DNA of 64,000 nucleotides from NCBI GenBank assembly GCA_963677925.2, contig CAXXYH010000004.1, forward strand, positions 1,952,001 to 2,016,000, read 5' to 3'. The notes beneath the pieces were generated by a model. That model searched no databases, had not been told where the DNA came from, and worked only from the letters and a program-made list of their open reading frames with translations. How positions within the stretch are numbered: position 1 is the first letter of the stretch; the number at the start of each line of letters is the position of its first letter. The position numbers and the translations under genes were made by a program. Positions 20,041 to 29,236 of this stretch are shown here, piece after piece. This DNA comes from Spirochaetia bacterium. GTDB lineage: Bacteria > Spirochaetota > Spirochaetia > UBA9216.

Positions 20041-21591
20041 TCAATTGAATAAATTAACAGATATCCCTGTGCTGTAAACTGCTTGAGGAATTATATCCAT
20101 AATGAAATGAAGCCCGGCAGCAGCAGGCAGCTCCGGCAGAAAATATGAAAAATCTGCAGCTGCAGTAACTGCGCCGGCAGCAGTAAATTCCTCACCGAAG
20201 CTGCCGGTTTCAAGTTTTCCTGAAAGACCGGCAGACCAGTTTGCCGCCTTTAAAATCGCACCGGCTGATAATCCTGCATAGAACCTCTGTTCTTCCATAT
20301 AGTTCCAGTATACAGAGGGGGCCAGAATGAATGATAAGGGAAGCTTTCCTGTCCCGGTACTCAGCTCAAGCGGAAGGTTCAGTCCTATCAGGCTGAAATC
20401 CGACTGCATAGCTGCCTCCGCCGAATTTGAGAAGCCTCCGGATAATATTCCGTTTAAGCTGAACATATCAATGAAGTCTGCAATTCTGAAGTTCAGCAGT
20501 GCAATCCCTGTTCCCGAAGGTTCCCGTTCCCCCTCTGAATTAATCAGTACGGACAAGCGTAAGGCAAGTTCAAGCCTTTCAAGGACAGAGTATCTTATAT
20601 AGGCTGGAATCTCGATATCAGCTGCAGAAAAATCAAGCAGACTTATTCCGCTTGACAGTTGAACCCCTCCGGCCGGAAGAAGTTCTGTCGCCGGACAGCT
20701 GCTAAGCCCTGAACCTGAAATGCCGACTACCGCAGGAAAGTAGTAAATACTGCTGTCAATTTTAATTTTATCTTCTTCGGTGTCTGATGTATTGCCGTCG
20801 GCTGAAACAACTTCAATCTTTATGGTATATATCCCGTCATCAAGAGTTCTGCCCTCATCATCCCGGCCGTCCCAGGTAAAACTATTATATCTGTCTGAGA
20901 AGTCTTGAAAAATAATGGTTTTTACAGTCCTTCCGGCGGAAATTATCTCTGCATAACCGCCGCCTTCAGATGTAACTTCAAAGTCAATTTTTATCGAGCC
21001 GAGAATCCCTGAATTGAGAGGGTTAAATACTCTTTTATCTGTGTTAAATGAGGCCAGGCGGAAATCCGCTTTCTTCAGTACTGCCTTCAGCCTGAGTGTC
21101 TCTCCGCCGATAACCTGAATCTGACTGCTGTAGTCTTCATAACCGAATTTTCTTACATGTACAGAGTACAGTCCGGCAGGAATACTGTACTCTCCGACGG
21201 CGTATCTACTTCCTGATATAAATATATCAGCATCAGCGGGGCTTACTTCAATATCCACCATCCCCTCAATCCGTCCAAGTTCAGCCGTTACTTCAATATG
21301 ACTGTTGTTTCTGCAGTCAATCCAGAAGGATAAGTCGGTATATCCGGCCTTTTTAATTTCAATCTTGTGCTGTCCCTGTGCGGGCTGCTGCTCATTGTAG
21401 GGGGTCCGTCCGCTGAAGGTTCCGTCTATGTAAACCTTTGACAAATCCGGTATTGAGGTTATTTTCAGGTATGCGGTTTCTCCTGATTCCGGAGTAAAAC
21501 TGATATTTTCAATGTTGAATGAAGCTTCGGCAAACAGCGGGGATGAAAGAAATAACAGCAGGAGGAATGATAGCCTGAATCTTGAATACAT
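20041..21591 (-). CDS. Exported PEGA-repeat / FlgD-Ig protein with probable C-terminal beta-barrel
   Basis: ITSIP...VYIDG...GRTP (PEGA) x2, WDGRDDEG..L.DG.Y (FlgD_ig), alternating beta strands at the C-terminus; start re-called to 21591. Confidence 0.78.
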   Translation of the reverse strand: MYSRFRLSFLLLLFLSSPLFAEASFNIENISFTPESGETAYLKITSIPDLSKVYIDGTFSGRTPYNEQQPAQGQHKIEIKKAGYTDLSFWIDCRNNSHIEVTAELGRIEGMVDIEVSPADADIFISGSRYAVGEYSIPAGLYSVHVRKFGYEDYSSQIQVIGGETLRLKAVLKKADFRLASFNTDKRVFNPLNSGILGSIKIDFEVTSEGGGYAEIISAGRTVKTIIFQDFSDRYNSFTWDGRDDEGRTLDDGIYTIKIEVVSADGNTSDTEEDKIKIDSSIYYFPAVVGISGSGLSSCPATELLPAGGVQLSSGISLLDFSAADIEIPAYIRYSVLERLELALRLSVLINSEGEREPSGTGIALLNFRIADFIDMFSLNGILSGGFSNSAEAAMQSDFSLIGLNLPLELSTGTGKLPLSFILAPSVYWNYMEEQRFYAGLSAGAILKAANWSAGLSGKLETGSFGEEFTAAGAVTAAADFSYFLPELPAAAGLHFIMDIIPQAVYSTGISVNLFN

Positions 21592-21677
21592 ATAAACAAT
21601 GTACATCCATGAACTTTCAATTACAAGCGCTTTAATATCATTCTGAAATTTTCCGATAATATAAGCGGAGCGTAATC

Positions 21678-22208
21678 TTGAATAAAAAGTTATTTACAGC
21701 AGTTATTGTATTATTGTTGATTGTTATGCCCTGTTTCTCGCAGGAAGTCCTTCCGGCCGGCTATGAAGGGATAATGCTGGGGATGGATCCTGATGAAGTT
21801 AAACTCAAACTTGGGGAGAGTCCCCAGTTCATGTACAGGGGTGAACCCGATGTTTCGATGATGCCGGGAACCGCTGATCAGCTGATCGACTGCGACGGAA
21901 GCCTTTATATTGATCGGGCCTTCTTTCAGTTCAGCGAGGGACGCCTGTTTTCAATCCTTCTGATGCTCGATCAGGAATTTATTGATCACTACAGTGTCTT
22001 CTCAAAATTTACTGATAAATACGGTGACCCCGACTACCTCGATCCCCAGAAGATATACTGGGAAAACGATGAGGTAATAATCAGTATTGAAAGACCTCTT
22101 AATATAAAGTACCTTGATCGCGCTGAGTTTGAAAAAATGCAGGAAGAGAGCGCCAGCGGTGAATCCGCCATGGAAATGGGACGTGAATCATTTCTTGATA
22201 GTTTCTAG
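21678..22208 (+). CDS. Hypothetical exported protein
   Basis: TTG start after GGAG, signal peptide, 176 aa. Confidence 0.75.
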   Translation: MNKKLFTAVIVLLLIVMPCFSQEVLPAGYEGIMLGMDPDEVKLKLGESPQFMYRGEPDVSMMPGTADQLIDCDGSLYIDRAFFQFSEGRLFSILLMLDQEFIDHYSVFSKFTDKYGDPDYLDPQKIYWENDEVIISIERPLNIKYLDRAEFEKMQEESASGESAMEMGRESFLDSF

Positions 22209-22225
22209 CTGCTCCCGGAGAGAAT

Positions 22226-22693
22226 ATGATTAACCTTAAAAAACTGATAATCCTTACAATTTTTACTGCGGCTGCAGCATCCGTTTTTGCATCCGGCAGG
22301 TCGGAAAAGCTTGAAACCGTAGAGATGCTTGTCGGCGGTAGGCCGGTGACAGTTGAAATCGCAGACAATGATGCCTCAAGGCAGCAGGGTCTGATGTATC
22401 GTGATTCAATGCCCGAGATGCACGGGATGATTTTTGTATTTGAAGCAGATCAGATGCTTTCCTTCTGGATGAAGAATACTGAAATACCTCTCGCTATCGC
22501 ATATATATCTTCGAACGGGCAGATCAGGGAAATCCATGAAATGGAGCCGCTCTCTCAGAGAGCTGTCCAGTCCACCCGCTCCGTCAGGTATGCGCTTGAA
22601 ATGAACAGCGGATGGTTTGAACGTAACGGTGTATCAGTCGGTGATTTTATCGAATTGAGTGCGCTGAACAGCGCTGCTATTCAGCCTCGTTAA
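22226..22693 (+). CDS. DUF192 family protein
   Basis: VEIAD...R..GLMYR, GM.FVF, FWMKNT.IPL.IA.I, YALE...GWF. Confidence 0.92.
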   Translation: MINLKKLIILTIFTAAAASVFASGRSEKLETVEMLVGGRPVTVEIADNDASRQQGLMYRDSMPEMHGMIFVFEADQMLSFWMKNTEIPLAIAYISSNGQIREIHEMEPLSQRAVQSTRSVRYALEMNSGWFERNGVSVGDFIELSALNSAAIQPR

Positions 22694-22919
22694 GTTCCGG
22701 AAATAGCTCAAGGTTCGGTTCGTCTTCTCCATCATCCTTTACAGGTTCATTAATCAGAATTTCGATTTTCCTTTCCACCTTTGAGAGATCCTTTTCAAGG
22801 CCCTTTGCCAGTTTTATACCCTCTTCGAAAAGCCTGAGCGACTCATCAAGACTTCCACCGCCTTTTATAGAGTCATTTATTTCTTCAAGTCTGTTAAGTC
22901 TTTCTTCAAAGTTTTTCAT
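22677..22919 (-). CDS. xseB: Exodeoxyribonuclease VII small subunit
   Basis: FEE.L.RLEEI, SLDESL.LFEEG..L; adjacent to xseA. Confidence 0.93.
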   Translation of the reverse strand: MKNFEERLNRLEEINDSIKGGGSLDESLRLFEEGIKLAKGLEKDLSKVERKIEILINEPVKDDGEDEPNLELFPELNEAE

Positions 22920-24142
22920 CTCTCATCTCCTTCCGGAAGTTTTTCATTTAAAGTGGCTGAAACAGTTCCGTCATGGAAGCGTATTGCTGCGTCACATCCG
23001 GCTGCTGCTTGATCAGCACAGAGAATTGTTTTTCCGCTTTCAGCATCAGTCACTATCGCAAATCCGCGTTTCAGGATTGCCTGAGGCGATACGGCCTTCA
23101 GCTCTCTGAGTGCCGAGTCAAGATTATAACGTTTTTCGGTGACCGTCCTGCTGAAGCTGTTAAGCAGGCTCTCCTTAAGATCATCGAACCGTGCCAGTAT
23201 CGGCTGTATCATGATAAAGAAGGTTTCTTCAATATTTTTACCCGTATATCGCTCAAGCATCAGCCTGATTTTCTCATTCCGATTGCCTATTTCTGAAATA
23301 AGGTTATCAGAAATTGTCTGAATTCTTCTTAAAATATCATCTCTGCCGGAGCTTACAATCTCCGCGGCTGCCGATGGAGTAGGAGCTGAGACATCTGCTG
23401 CAAAGTCGGATAGTGATGTGTCAATTTCATGTCCGACGGCTGAAATTACCGGAATTTGCGAATCGGCTATAGCCCTTACAACGCATTCTTCTGAGAAGGG
23501 CAGAAGATCTTCCAGTGAGCCGCCGCCTCTTCCCGTAATGATAACATCAGCCATCCGGTGCCGGTCAGCGTATCTTATCTGTGCTGCTATCTTTTCGGCC
23601 GCCTCTTCACCCTGAACGGGGGCAGGCAGGATGACTATATCAAGCCCGGGATTCCTGCGCCTTGTAACCCTGAGTATATCCTTTACGGCGGCACCGGTCG
23701 GCGAGGTGATAACCGCTATCTTTGAGGGGAATACCGGCAGGGGCTTCTTAAGTTCCCTGTCGAAAAGACCTTCCTCCGCAAGCTTTCTCTTGCGCTTCTC
23801 CAGCATCGCAAGGATATCGCCTTCACCGGCTTTTTCAATACTGTCGCAGATTATCTGGTATGAGCCGCGAAGAGCATAAACAGATATATTGCCTGTAACA
23901 TTCACAAGCATGCCGTCTGACGGTTTGAACTGCAGGGCTGAGTACCTGCCTCTGAACATGACGGCGCTTATCATTGCGTCCTTGTCTTTCAGGGTGAAAT
24001 ATAGATGCCCTGTACTGGATGGTCTGCAGTTGGATATTTCTCCGCTGATTCGGACTTCCCTGAATCCTGTTTCAAGAACTTCTTTAATAAGCGAGGTTAT
24101 TTCAGACACGCTGAATGTTTTATCATTAAATCCGGGCATCAT
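22916..24142 (-). CDS. xseA: Exodeoxyribonuclease VII large subunit
   Basis: GEISN, GHLYFTLKD, VITSPTGAA..D, RGGGSLEDL, SAVGHEID, PTPSAAAE. Confidence 0.97.
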   Translation of the reverse strand: MMPGFNDKTFSVSEITSLIKEVLETGFREVRISGEISNCRPSSTGHLYFTLKDKDAMISAVMFRGRYSALQFKPSDGMLVNVTGNISVYALRGSYQIICDSIEKAGEGDILAMLEKRKRKLAEEGLFDRELKKPLPVFPSKIAVITSPTGAAVKDILRVTRRRNPGLDIVILPAPVQGEEAAEKIAAQIRYADRHRMADVIITGRGGGSLEDLLPFSEECVVRAIADSQIPVISAVGHEIDTSLSDFAADVSAPTPSAAAEIVSSGRDDILRRIQTISDNLISEIGNRNEKIRLMLERYTGKNIEETFFIMIQPILARFDDLKESLLNSFSRTVTEKRYNLDSALRELKAVSPQAILKRGFAIVTDAESGKTILCADQAAAGCDAAIRFHDGTVSATLNEKLPEGDER

Positions 24143-24216
24143 ACTGCGGAACAGAATACTATTTTACCATGAGGTGTTCAACAGATAAGTTATCAGCATG
24201 ACTGTGCAAGTTGTCA

Positions 24217-24244
24217 TAAAATGGATTATAATTTATGTCGATAA
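24217..24244 (+). promoter_or_regulatory. sigma28-like promoter for the spiro-SPASM cluster, probably leaderless
   Basis: TAAA-N16-GTCGATAA then TCAGACT-ATG(24252). Confidence 0.5.
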
Positions 24245-24251
24245 TCAGACT

Positions 24252-25787
24252 ATGAGAAATATTGTAATTGTAAACACGTTGTTTATTACAGAATATGCTT
24301 TTAAGGAACTCCTCCCCGGTAAAACTTCGTTAGATCTTGGTTTTGAAGCCGCACTAAAAATTTCCGATTGTTCTTCAAGAGTAATCCTTACAGAAGAGGG
24401 AACTGATACTTCATCCTTTCCGGATGGGTTTGAAATAGCTGCCGCTGATAAGAGTTCTGTCACCTCTCTGATAAAAACATTAACCGAACTTTCATCCGGT
24501 TATGATAATATCTTCTATCTGCATGCAGACTGTCCACTGATTGATTTAAAGCTGACTGAAAAAATGTATGCCAATCATTTAAAATATTTTGCTGAATATA
24601 CTTTCGCAGACGGTTATCCTGCTGGTTTAAGTCTTGAGATAATAAAATCTTCAATACTTCCGGCTCTTGAAACCATATCGCTTAAACATGAGATCGCTCC
24701 GGGACGGAAGGCTATTTTTTCCGTCATAGAAAAAGAAATTAACAGCTTTGATCTTGAAACCCAGATATCGCCCGAGGATATGCGTCTTTACCGAATAAAC
24801 CTTTTTCCGGACACAAAGAGAAATTTTATTCTCCTGCAGAAGATGATAGGCCTTTTAGGCAGTATGGATGTCGATGCTGAGCTTCCTTTTTCAGATAAAG
24901 TTTCTGATAAGCGTGTGCTTGATATTATCAGAGAGCACGGAAGTCTGCTTCGGACCCTGCCTGCTTTCTGCGAGGTTGAAACCACAGCCGGTTCAGCTCA
25001 GCAGGTGACTTATCTGCCTGATAACGGCACAGTTCTCAAAGACTGCGGTATTGCAGAGATGGAGCCAGAAAATTTCCGGCTTATCCTTGATAAACTTTCA
25101 GCCTTTTCAGGTGATATGACCGTAAGCCTTTCGGTCCGGAATGAGCCCGCGCTGCATTCCAGGATTGATGAACTGGCCGCCGGGGTTCTGGAAAAAACGG
25201 ACTTCGGGCTGCTGATTGAGACCTCAGGTATAGGCTGGGACGAGCAGAAGCTGAAAAATATACTTGGTATGGATTCCGGCCGTATCACATGGATAGTTGA
25301 TCTTGATGCCCTCGATCAGAAAATTTATTCCTCATTACGCGGAAGCGGATATAATGAAGCATATCGCACGGCTGAATACCTTCTTTCCGTTTCACCTGCC
25401 AATACCTGGGTCCAGGCCGTCAGAATGAAGCAGAACGAAGAGGATATAGAGCATTTCTATAAATATTGGAAAGAAAAGACGAATAATGTTATTATTCAGA
25501 AATACGATTGGTACTGCGGCAGGCTTGAGCAGATGAAAGTTTCAGATCTTTCTCCTGTAAAACGTCTGCCCTGCTGGCATATGAAGCGCGATATGATTGT
25601 GCTCATTGACGGGACTGTTCCCCTATGCCGGGAGGAACTTGAAGCAGGGATAAGTTTTGGAAATATCTTCAACGAGGATATTGAAATTATCTGGAAAAAC
25701 GGTGCTGCATCTTATGAAGAACAGCTGAGAGGGGAATATCGGGGAATCTGCCTCGAATGTGATGAATACTACACCTTCAATTATTGA
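24252..25787 (+). CDS. Spiro-SPASM protein (nucleotidyltransferase-like + degenerate radical SAM + SPASM/twitch)
   Basis: AD.PLID, AEYTFADGYP.GL..EI, INSFDLET, LRTLPAF, PCWH..RD.....DG.V.LC, C..CDEYYTFN; start re-called to ATG 24252. Confidence 0.88.
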   Translation: MRNIVIVNTLFITEYAFKELLPGKTSLDLGFEAALKISDCSSRVILTEEGTDTSSFPDGFEIAAADKSSVTSLIKTLTELSSGYDNIFYLHADCPLIDLKLTEKMYANHLKYFAEYTFADGYPAGLSLEIIKSSILPALETISLKHEIAPGRKAIFSVIEKEINSFDLETQISPEDMRLYRINLFPDTKRNFILLQKMIGLLGSMDVDAELPFSDKVSDKRVLDIIREHGSLLRTLPAFCEVETTAGSAQQVTYLPDNGTVLKDCGIAEMEPENFRLILDKLSAFSGDMTVSLSVRNEPALHSRIDELAAGVLEKTDFGLLIETSGIGWDEQKLKNILGMDSGRITWIVDLDALDQKIYSSLRGSGYNEAYRTAEYLLSVSPANTWVQAVRMKQNEEDIEHFYKYWKEKTNNVIIQKYDWYCGRLEQMKVSDLSPVKRLPCWHMKRDMIVLIDGTVPLCREELEAGISFGNIFNEDIEIIWKNGAASYEEQLRGEYRGICLECDEYYTFNY

Positions 25788-26724
25788 GAAAGTAAACTAT
25801 ACGGTAGTGGGCGGCCGAAAAGATCCTACTATACGTAAAGGACCCTCTTTTATCTCCATTGTCCTCTTAAGCAGAGGCGGCCGTGTTTTCAGGAATGAAA
25901 TACTGACCTCGCTGGTTAAGCTTAATGTTTATGAAATAATAACTATTGAAGGCGAAGGCAGCGGATACGATGTAGAATCGCTTTCAGTCAAATTTCCCGA
26001 AATTAAATTCGTAACACTCCGGAATATCACTACCGAAGGTGAGAAAATCAATATTGGTATTGAGGAAGCTTCATCAAAGTACGTGCTGGTTATGTATGAT
26101 GATATGGCCCTCCCTGCAGGCGGGCTTTCGGACAGACTTATTGAACGGATAGCAGATGCAGACTGCCTCTGCACTGTGCCGCTGCTTCAGTCCAGAAAAC
26201 AGCTCACGGTTCCGACCATTATAAGTCCGGCTTTTATGAAGAAAAAATTGAAGATTGTTCACCTGCCTCCCTCTGTTGACGGTATGGACAGTCTTTTCCC
26301 ATTTGATTACTGCGGAATATACGACCGTGACCGTTTTATACAGCTGGGCGGATTTGATTCCAGAATTTCAGGTATGTACTGGCAGAAGCTTGATTTCGGT
26401 TTCAGAGCCTATATGTGGGGAGAAAAAATCCACTGCAGTACATCCTTCCGGATAAAATATCTCGATGAAATACCACAGGAATCCATTACGCCGGATAGAA
26501 GCTACAGGTTCTTCTATCTTAAAAACCTGACTCTCAGGTTCACCGGTGATTCCGGACAGATTCCTGCAGGGCGTTTTCTTCCTTATCATTTCAAGAGCGG
26601 AGAGGGCTTCTTCACCTCTCTGCGGGAGTTCCGTGAAGCCAGAGACTGGGTGTACAAAAACCGCTACAGGTTCAGGATGGAAGCCGGAAGTATTACCGAG
26701 ATCTGGGAGGCTCCGGAGAATTGA
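25759..26724 (+). CDS. Glycosyltransferase family 2-like protein
   Basis: ISIVLL, GEKINIGI.EA..KYVLV..DD, F..LGGFD, LDFGFRA. Confidence 0.75.
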   Translation: MMNTTPSIIEKVNYTVVGGRKDPTIRKGPSFISIVLLSRGGRVFRNEILTSLVKLNVYEIITIEGEGSGYDVESLSVKFPEIKFVTLRNITTEGEKINIGIEEASSKYVLVMYDDMALPAGGLSDRLIERIADADCLCTVPLLQSRKQLTVPTIISPAFMKKKLKIVHLPPSVDGMDSLFPFDYCGIYDRDRFIQLGGFDSRISGMYWQKLDFGFRAYMWGEKIHCSTSFRIKYLDEIPQESITPDRSYRFFYLKNLTLRFTGDSGQIPAGRFLPYHFKSGEGFFTSLREFREARDWVYKNRYRFRMEAGSITEIWEAPEN

Positions 26725-27407
26725 GTTCTTCCACTGCGGTATTCCTTCAGGCCAGACTTGGATCCTCACGGCTGCCGGGAAAAGCTCTCATGAAAATCTG
26801 CGGCAGAACAGTTGTCGGCCTTGCCATGGACGCCCTTCGTCAGATTAACGCAGACTCTCATGTTCTGCTCACTGAACCCGGAAGCTTTGAACAGCTTAAA
26901 CCAGAAGCTGAAAAATATGGATTCAGCATATTTGCAGGTCCTGAAGATGACGTTCTGCTCCGCTTCCGGCAGGCCGCCGACAGATACCGGCCTGATACAA
27001 TTATAAGGGCGACAGGCGACAACCCTCTGGTTGACAGCGAAACCGCATTGCTGCTGCTTGAAGATCACATTTCTGCAGATGCAGATTACAGCGGTTTTGA
27101 CGGTCCACCTCTTGGTACGGGGGTCGAGGTGATAAAGACAGCCGCCCTCATGAAAGCTGCGGAAGAAGCTGAAGATCCGTATGAACACGAGCATGTCTGT
27201 CCCTACCTGTATAGAAATCCTTCGTTATTCAGAATAAACAGACACAGTGCACCGAAGGAATTCTGTCTTCCGGACCGCCATGTCACTATAGATACAATAG
27301 AAGATTTTCACTATATTTCTAAAATCTTTGAATCACTTTATAAAGACAGACCTGTCGGCCTGAAAGTGCTTCTGCCATGGCTTGAATCCAACAGGAGGGG
27401 GATGTGA
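26721..27407 (+). CDS. SpsF/NeuA-like cytidylyltransferase
   Basis: QARLGSSRLPGK, GPEDDVL.RF, RATGDNP, EHV.PY, TIDT.ED. Confidence 0.9.
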   Translation: MSSSTAVFLQARLGSSRLPGKALMKICGRTVVGLAMDALRQINADSHVLLTEPGSFEQLKPEAEKYGFSIFAGPEDDVLLRFRQAADRYRPDTIIRATGDNPLVDSETALLLLEDHISADADYSGFDGPPLGTGVEVIKTAALMKAAEEAEDPYEHEHVCPYLYRNPSLFRINRHSAPKEFCLPDRHVTIDTIEDFHYISKIFESLYKDRPVGLKVLLPWLESNRRGM

Positions 27408-29236
27408 AGTCCCCGGTAAAGGCCTCAATAAGTATTCTGCTCATTCCATCGGTAGGCAGGGGGAACGGGACAGGCCACCTCCGCCGCTGTATAGAACTTG
27501 CTGTAAAATTTCATAATCATCCTGAAATCAAATGTGCCCTCTATACCGGGTTGCCGTATCTCGATCATGATCAATACTCAGACCAAGAGATACAAAAGCT
27601 TATTACGGCAAAAAAAGCTGAGCCTCTTGAAATCATTGACAGTATAAATCCGGAAGACTGGGATATCTGCATCTTTGACGAAAGAGAAACCTCCGCAAAG
27701 AAACTGCACAATTTCAGCGGGAAGACTCTTAGTATAGGAATAGATGAAGGCGGGAATGCACGAGATTATTTTGACTACCTAATCGATATCCTGCCGAACA
27801 TGGAGGAGAGTGAGCCTAATATTTCATCAGTCGGATTTTTAAACCTTCCCGAACCTGCAAACTCTTCATCTGAGCGATTTTTCAATCTTAAAGCAGATGA
27901 CCGGATTCTTATTTCATTCGGCGGTGAGGACAGGGAAGGGCTCTCTCTGAAAATGATCACTATGATTGATGATGCCGGAATATTTAAAACGGAACAGCTT
28001 ACTGTTGTAAAGGGGCCGATGTTTTCAGGTCAGTCATTTCCCGAATCGGTCAATGTCCTTGACTGTCCTCCTGATCTGAGAATGCTCATTCCGGAATATG
28101 ATCTTGTAGTCACAAGTTTCGGCATCACATGTTTTGAAGCCTTAAATGCAGGAGTGCCGGTAGTTCTGTTTAATCCTTCACATTATCACAAGATGCTGTC
28201 TGTCAGAGCCGGGATTCCCGAAATCGGAGTTCTTAATCCTGATGCAAAGCGTCTGGATCATTTTCTGAGGACTCCACAGCGGCTGCTGAAAGCAGTTGAT
28301 GCATGGTCCGGAAAAAAGCAGATGGATCTTGCCGGCTATATACTCAACCTTGAACATTCGCCGCGTAACCGCTGCCGTACATGCGGGAACGGATACTTAA
28401 AAGCCGTAAACCGAAGTGTTCTGAAAACTTATTTTAAATGTCCAGACTGCGGAATTATTTCTCTTCAGAATTATGATTCGAAAAAGACTGTTTACAATTC
28501 TAATTATTTTTTTGATGAATACCGTAACCAGTACGGCAGAACATACCTTGAGGATTTTGAAAATATCAAAAGAAGCGGAATTGAACGATGCCGATACATT
28601 AGAAAACTTACTATAGGAGATAAACTTCTGGATATAGGATGCGGATACGGTCCTTTTCTTTCAGCAGCTCTTAATGAAGGTTTTCAGCCATTCGGAATTG
28701 ATATCTCGGATGAAGCTGTTGAGTATATTAATTCAGAACTCGGGTTCCGTGCAGCTGCTGCTGAGGCCGGGAAATTTTCTCCGGGTGAACTATTCGGAAT
28801 TGATGAATTTGATGCAGTTACAATGTGGTATGTAATTGAGCATATCGAACAGATTCCGGAACTGTTAAAGCATCTTTACCGGATAGTAAAACCCGGCGGA
28901 GTCTTTGCATTTTCAACTCCAAGTTATAAGGGTATCAGTGCAAGACGTTCATTGGGAGGGTTCCTGAATGCCAGCCCTTCCGATCATTTGACCGTCTGGA
29001 GTCCGCAGTCATCTGTAAGGCTATTAAGGAAGTACGGGTTCCGCGTCCGAAAAATAAAGATACCTGCTCCGCATCCTGAACGGTTTTTTCACAATCCGAA
29101 CCATTACTACAAAATGATAGCACCTGTCAAATTTATTGTGACAAAAATTCTAACAGCTGTAAGCAGATGTTTTCTGCTCGGCGATACATTTGAAGTCTAT
29201 GCCGTGCGTATTGACAGCCGGAAGAGGAAAGGTTAA
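27404..29236 (+). CDS. SpsG/PseG-like GT-B domain fused to a Zn-ribbon and class I SAM methyltransferase
   Basis: G.GHLRRC..LA, ISFGGED, D...TSFG.T..EA; C..C...C..C; LLDIGCGYG.FL, M.YVIEH, LKPGG-like. Confidence 0.8.
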   Translation: MKSPVKASISILLIPSVGRGNGTGHLRRCIELAVKFHNHPEIKCALYTGLPYLDHDQYSDQEIQKLITAKKAEPLEIIDSINPEDWDICIFDERETSAKKLHNFSGKTLSIGIDEGGNARDYFDYLIDILPNMEESEPNISSVGFLNLPEPANSSSERFFNLKADDRILISFGGEDREGLSLKMITMIDDAGIFKTEQLTVVKGPMFSGQSFPESVNVLDCPPDLRMLIPEYDLVVTSFGITCFEALNAGVPVVLFNPSHYHKMLSVRAGIPEIGVLNPDAKRLDHFLRTPQRLLKAVDAWSGKKQMDLAGYILNLEHSPRNRCRTCGNGYLKAVNRSVLKTYFKCPDCGIISLQNYDSKKTVYNSNYFFDEYRNQYGRTYLEDFENIKRSGIERCRYIRKLTIGDKLLDIGCGYGPFLSAALNEGFQPFGIDISDEAVEYINSELGFRAAAAEAGKFSPGELFGIDEFDAVTMWYVIEHIEQIPELLKHLYRIVKPGGVFAFSTPSYKGISARRSLGGFLNASPSDHLTVWSPQSSVRLLRKYGFRVRKIKIPAPHPERFFHNPNHYYKMIAPVKFIVTKILTAVSRCFLLGDTFEVYAVRIDSRKRKG

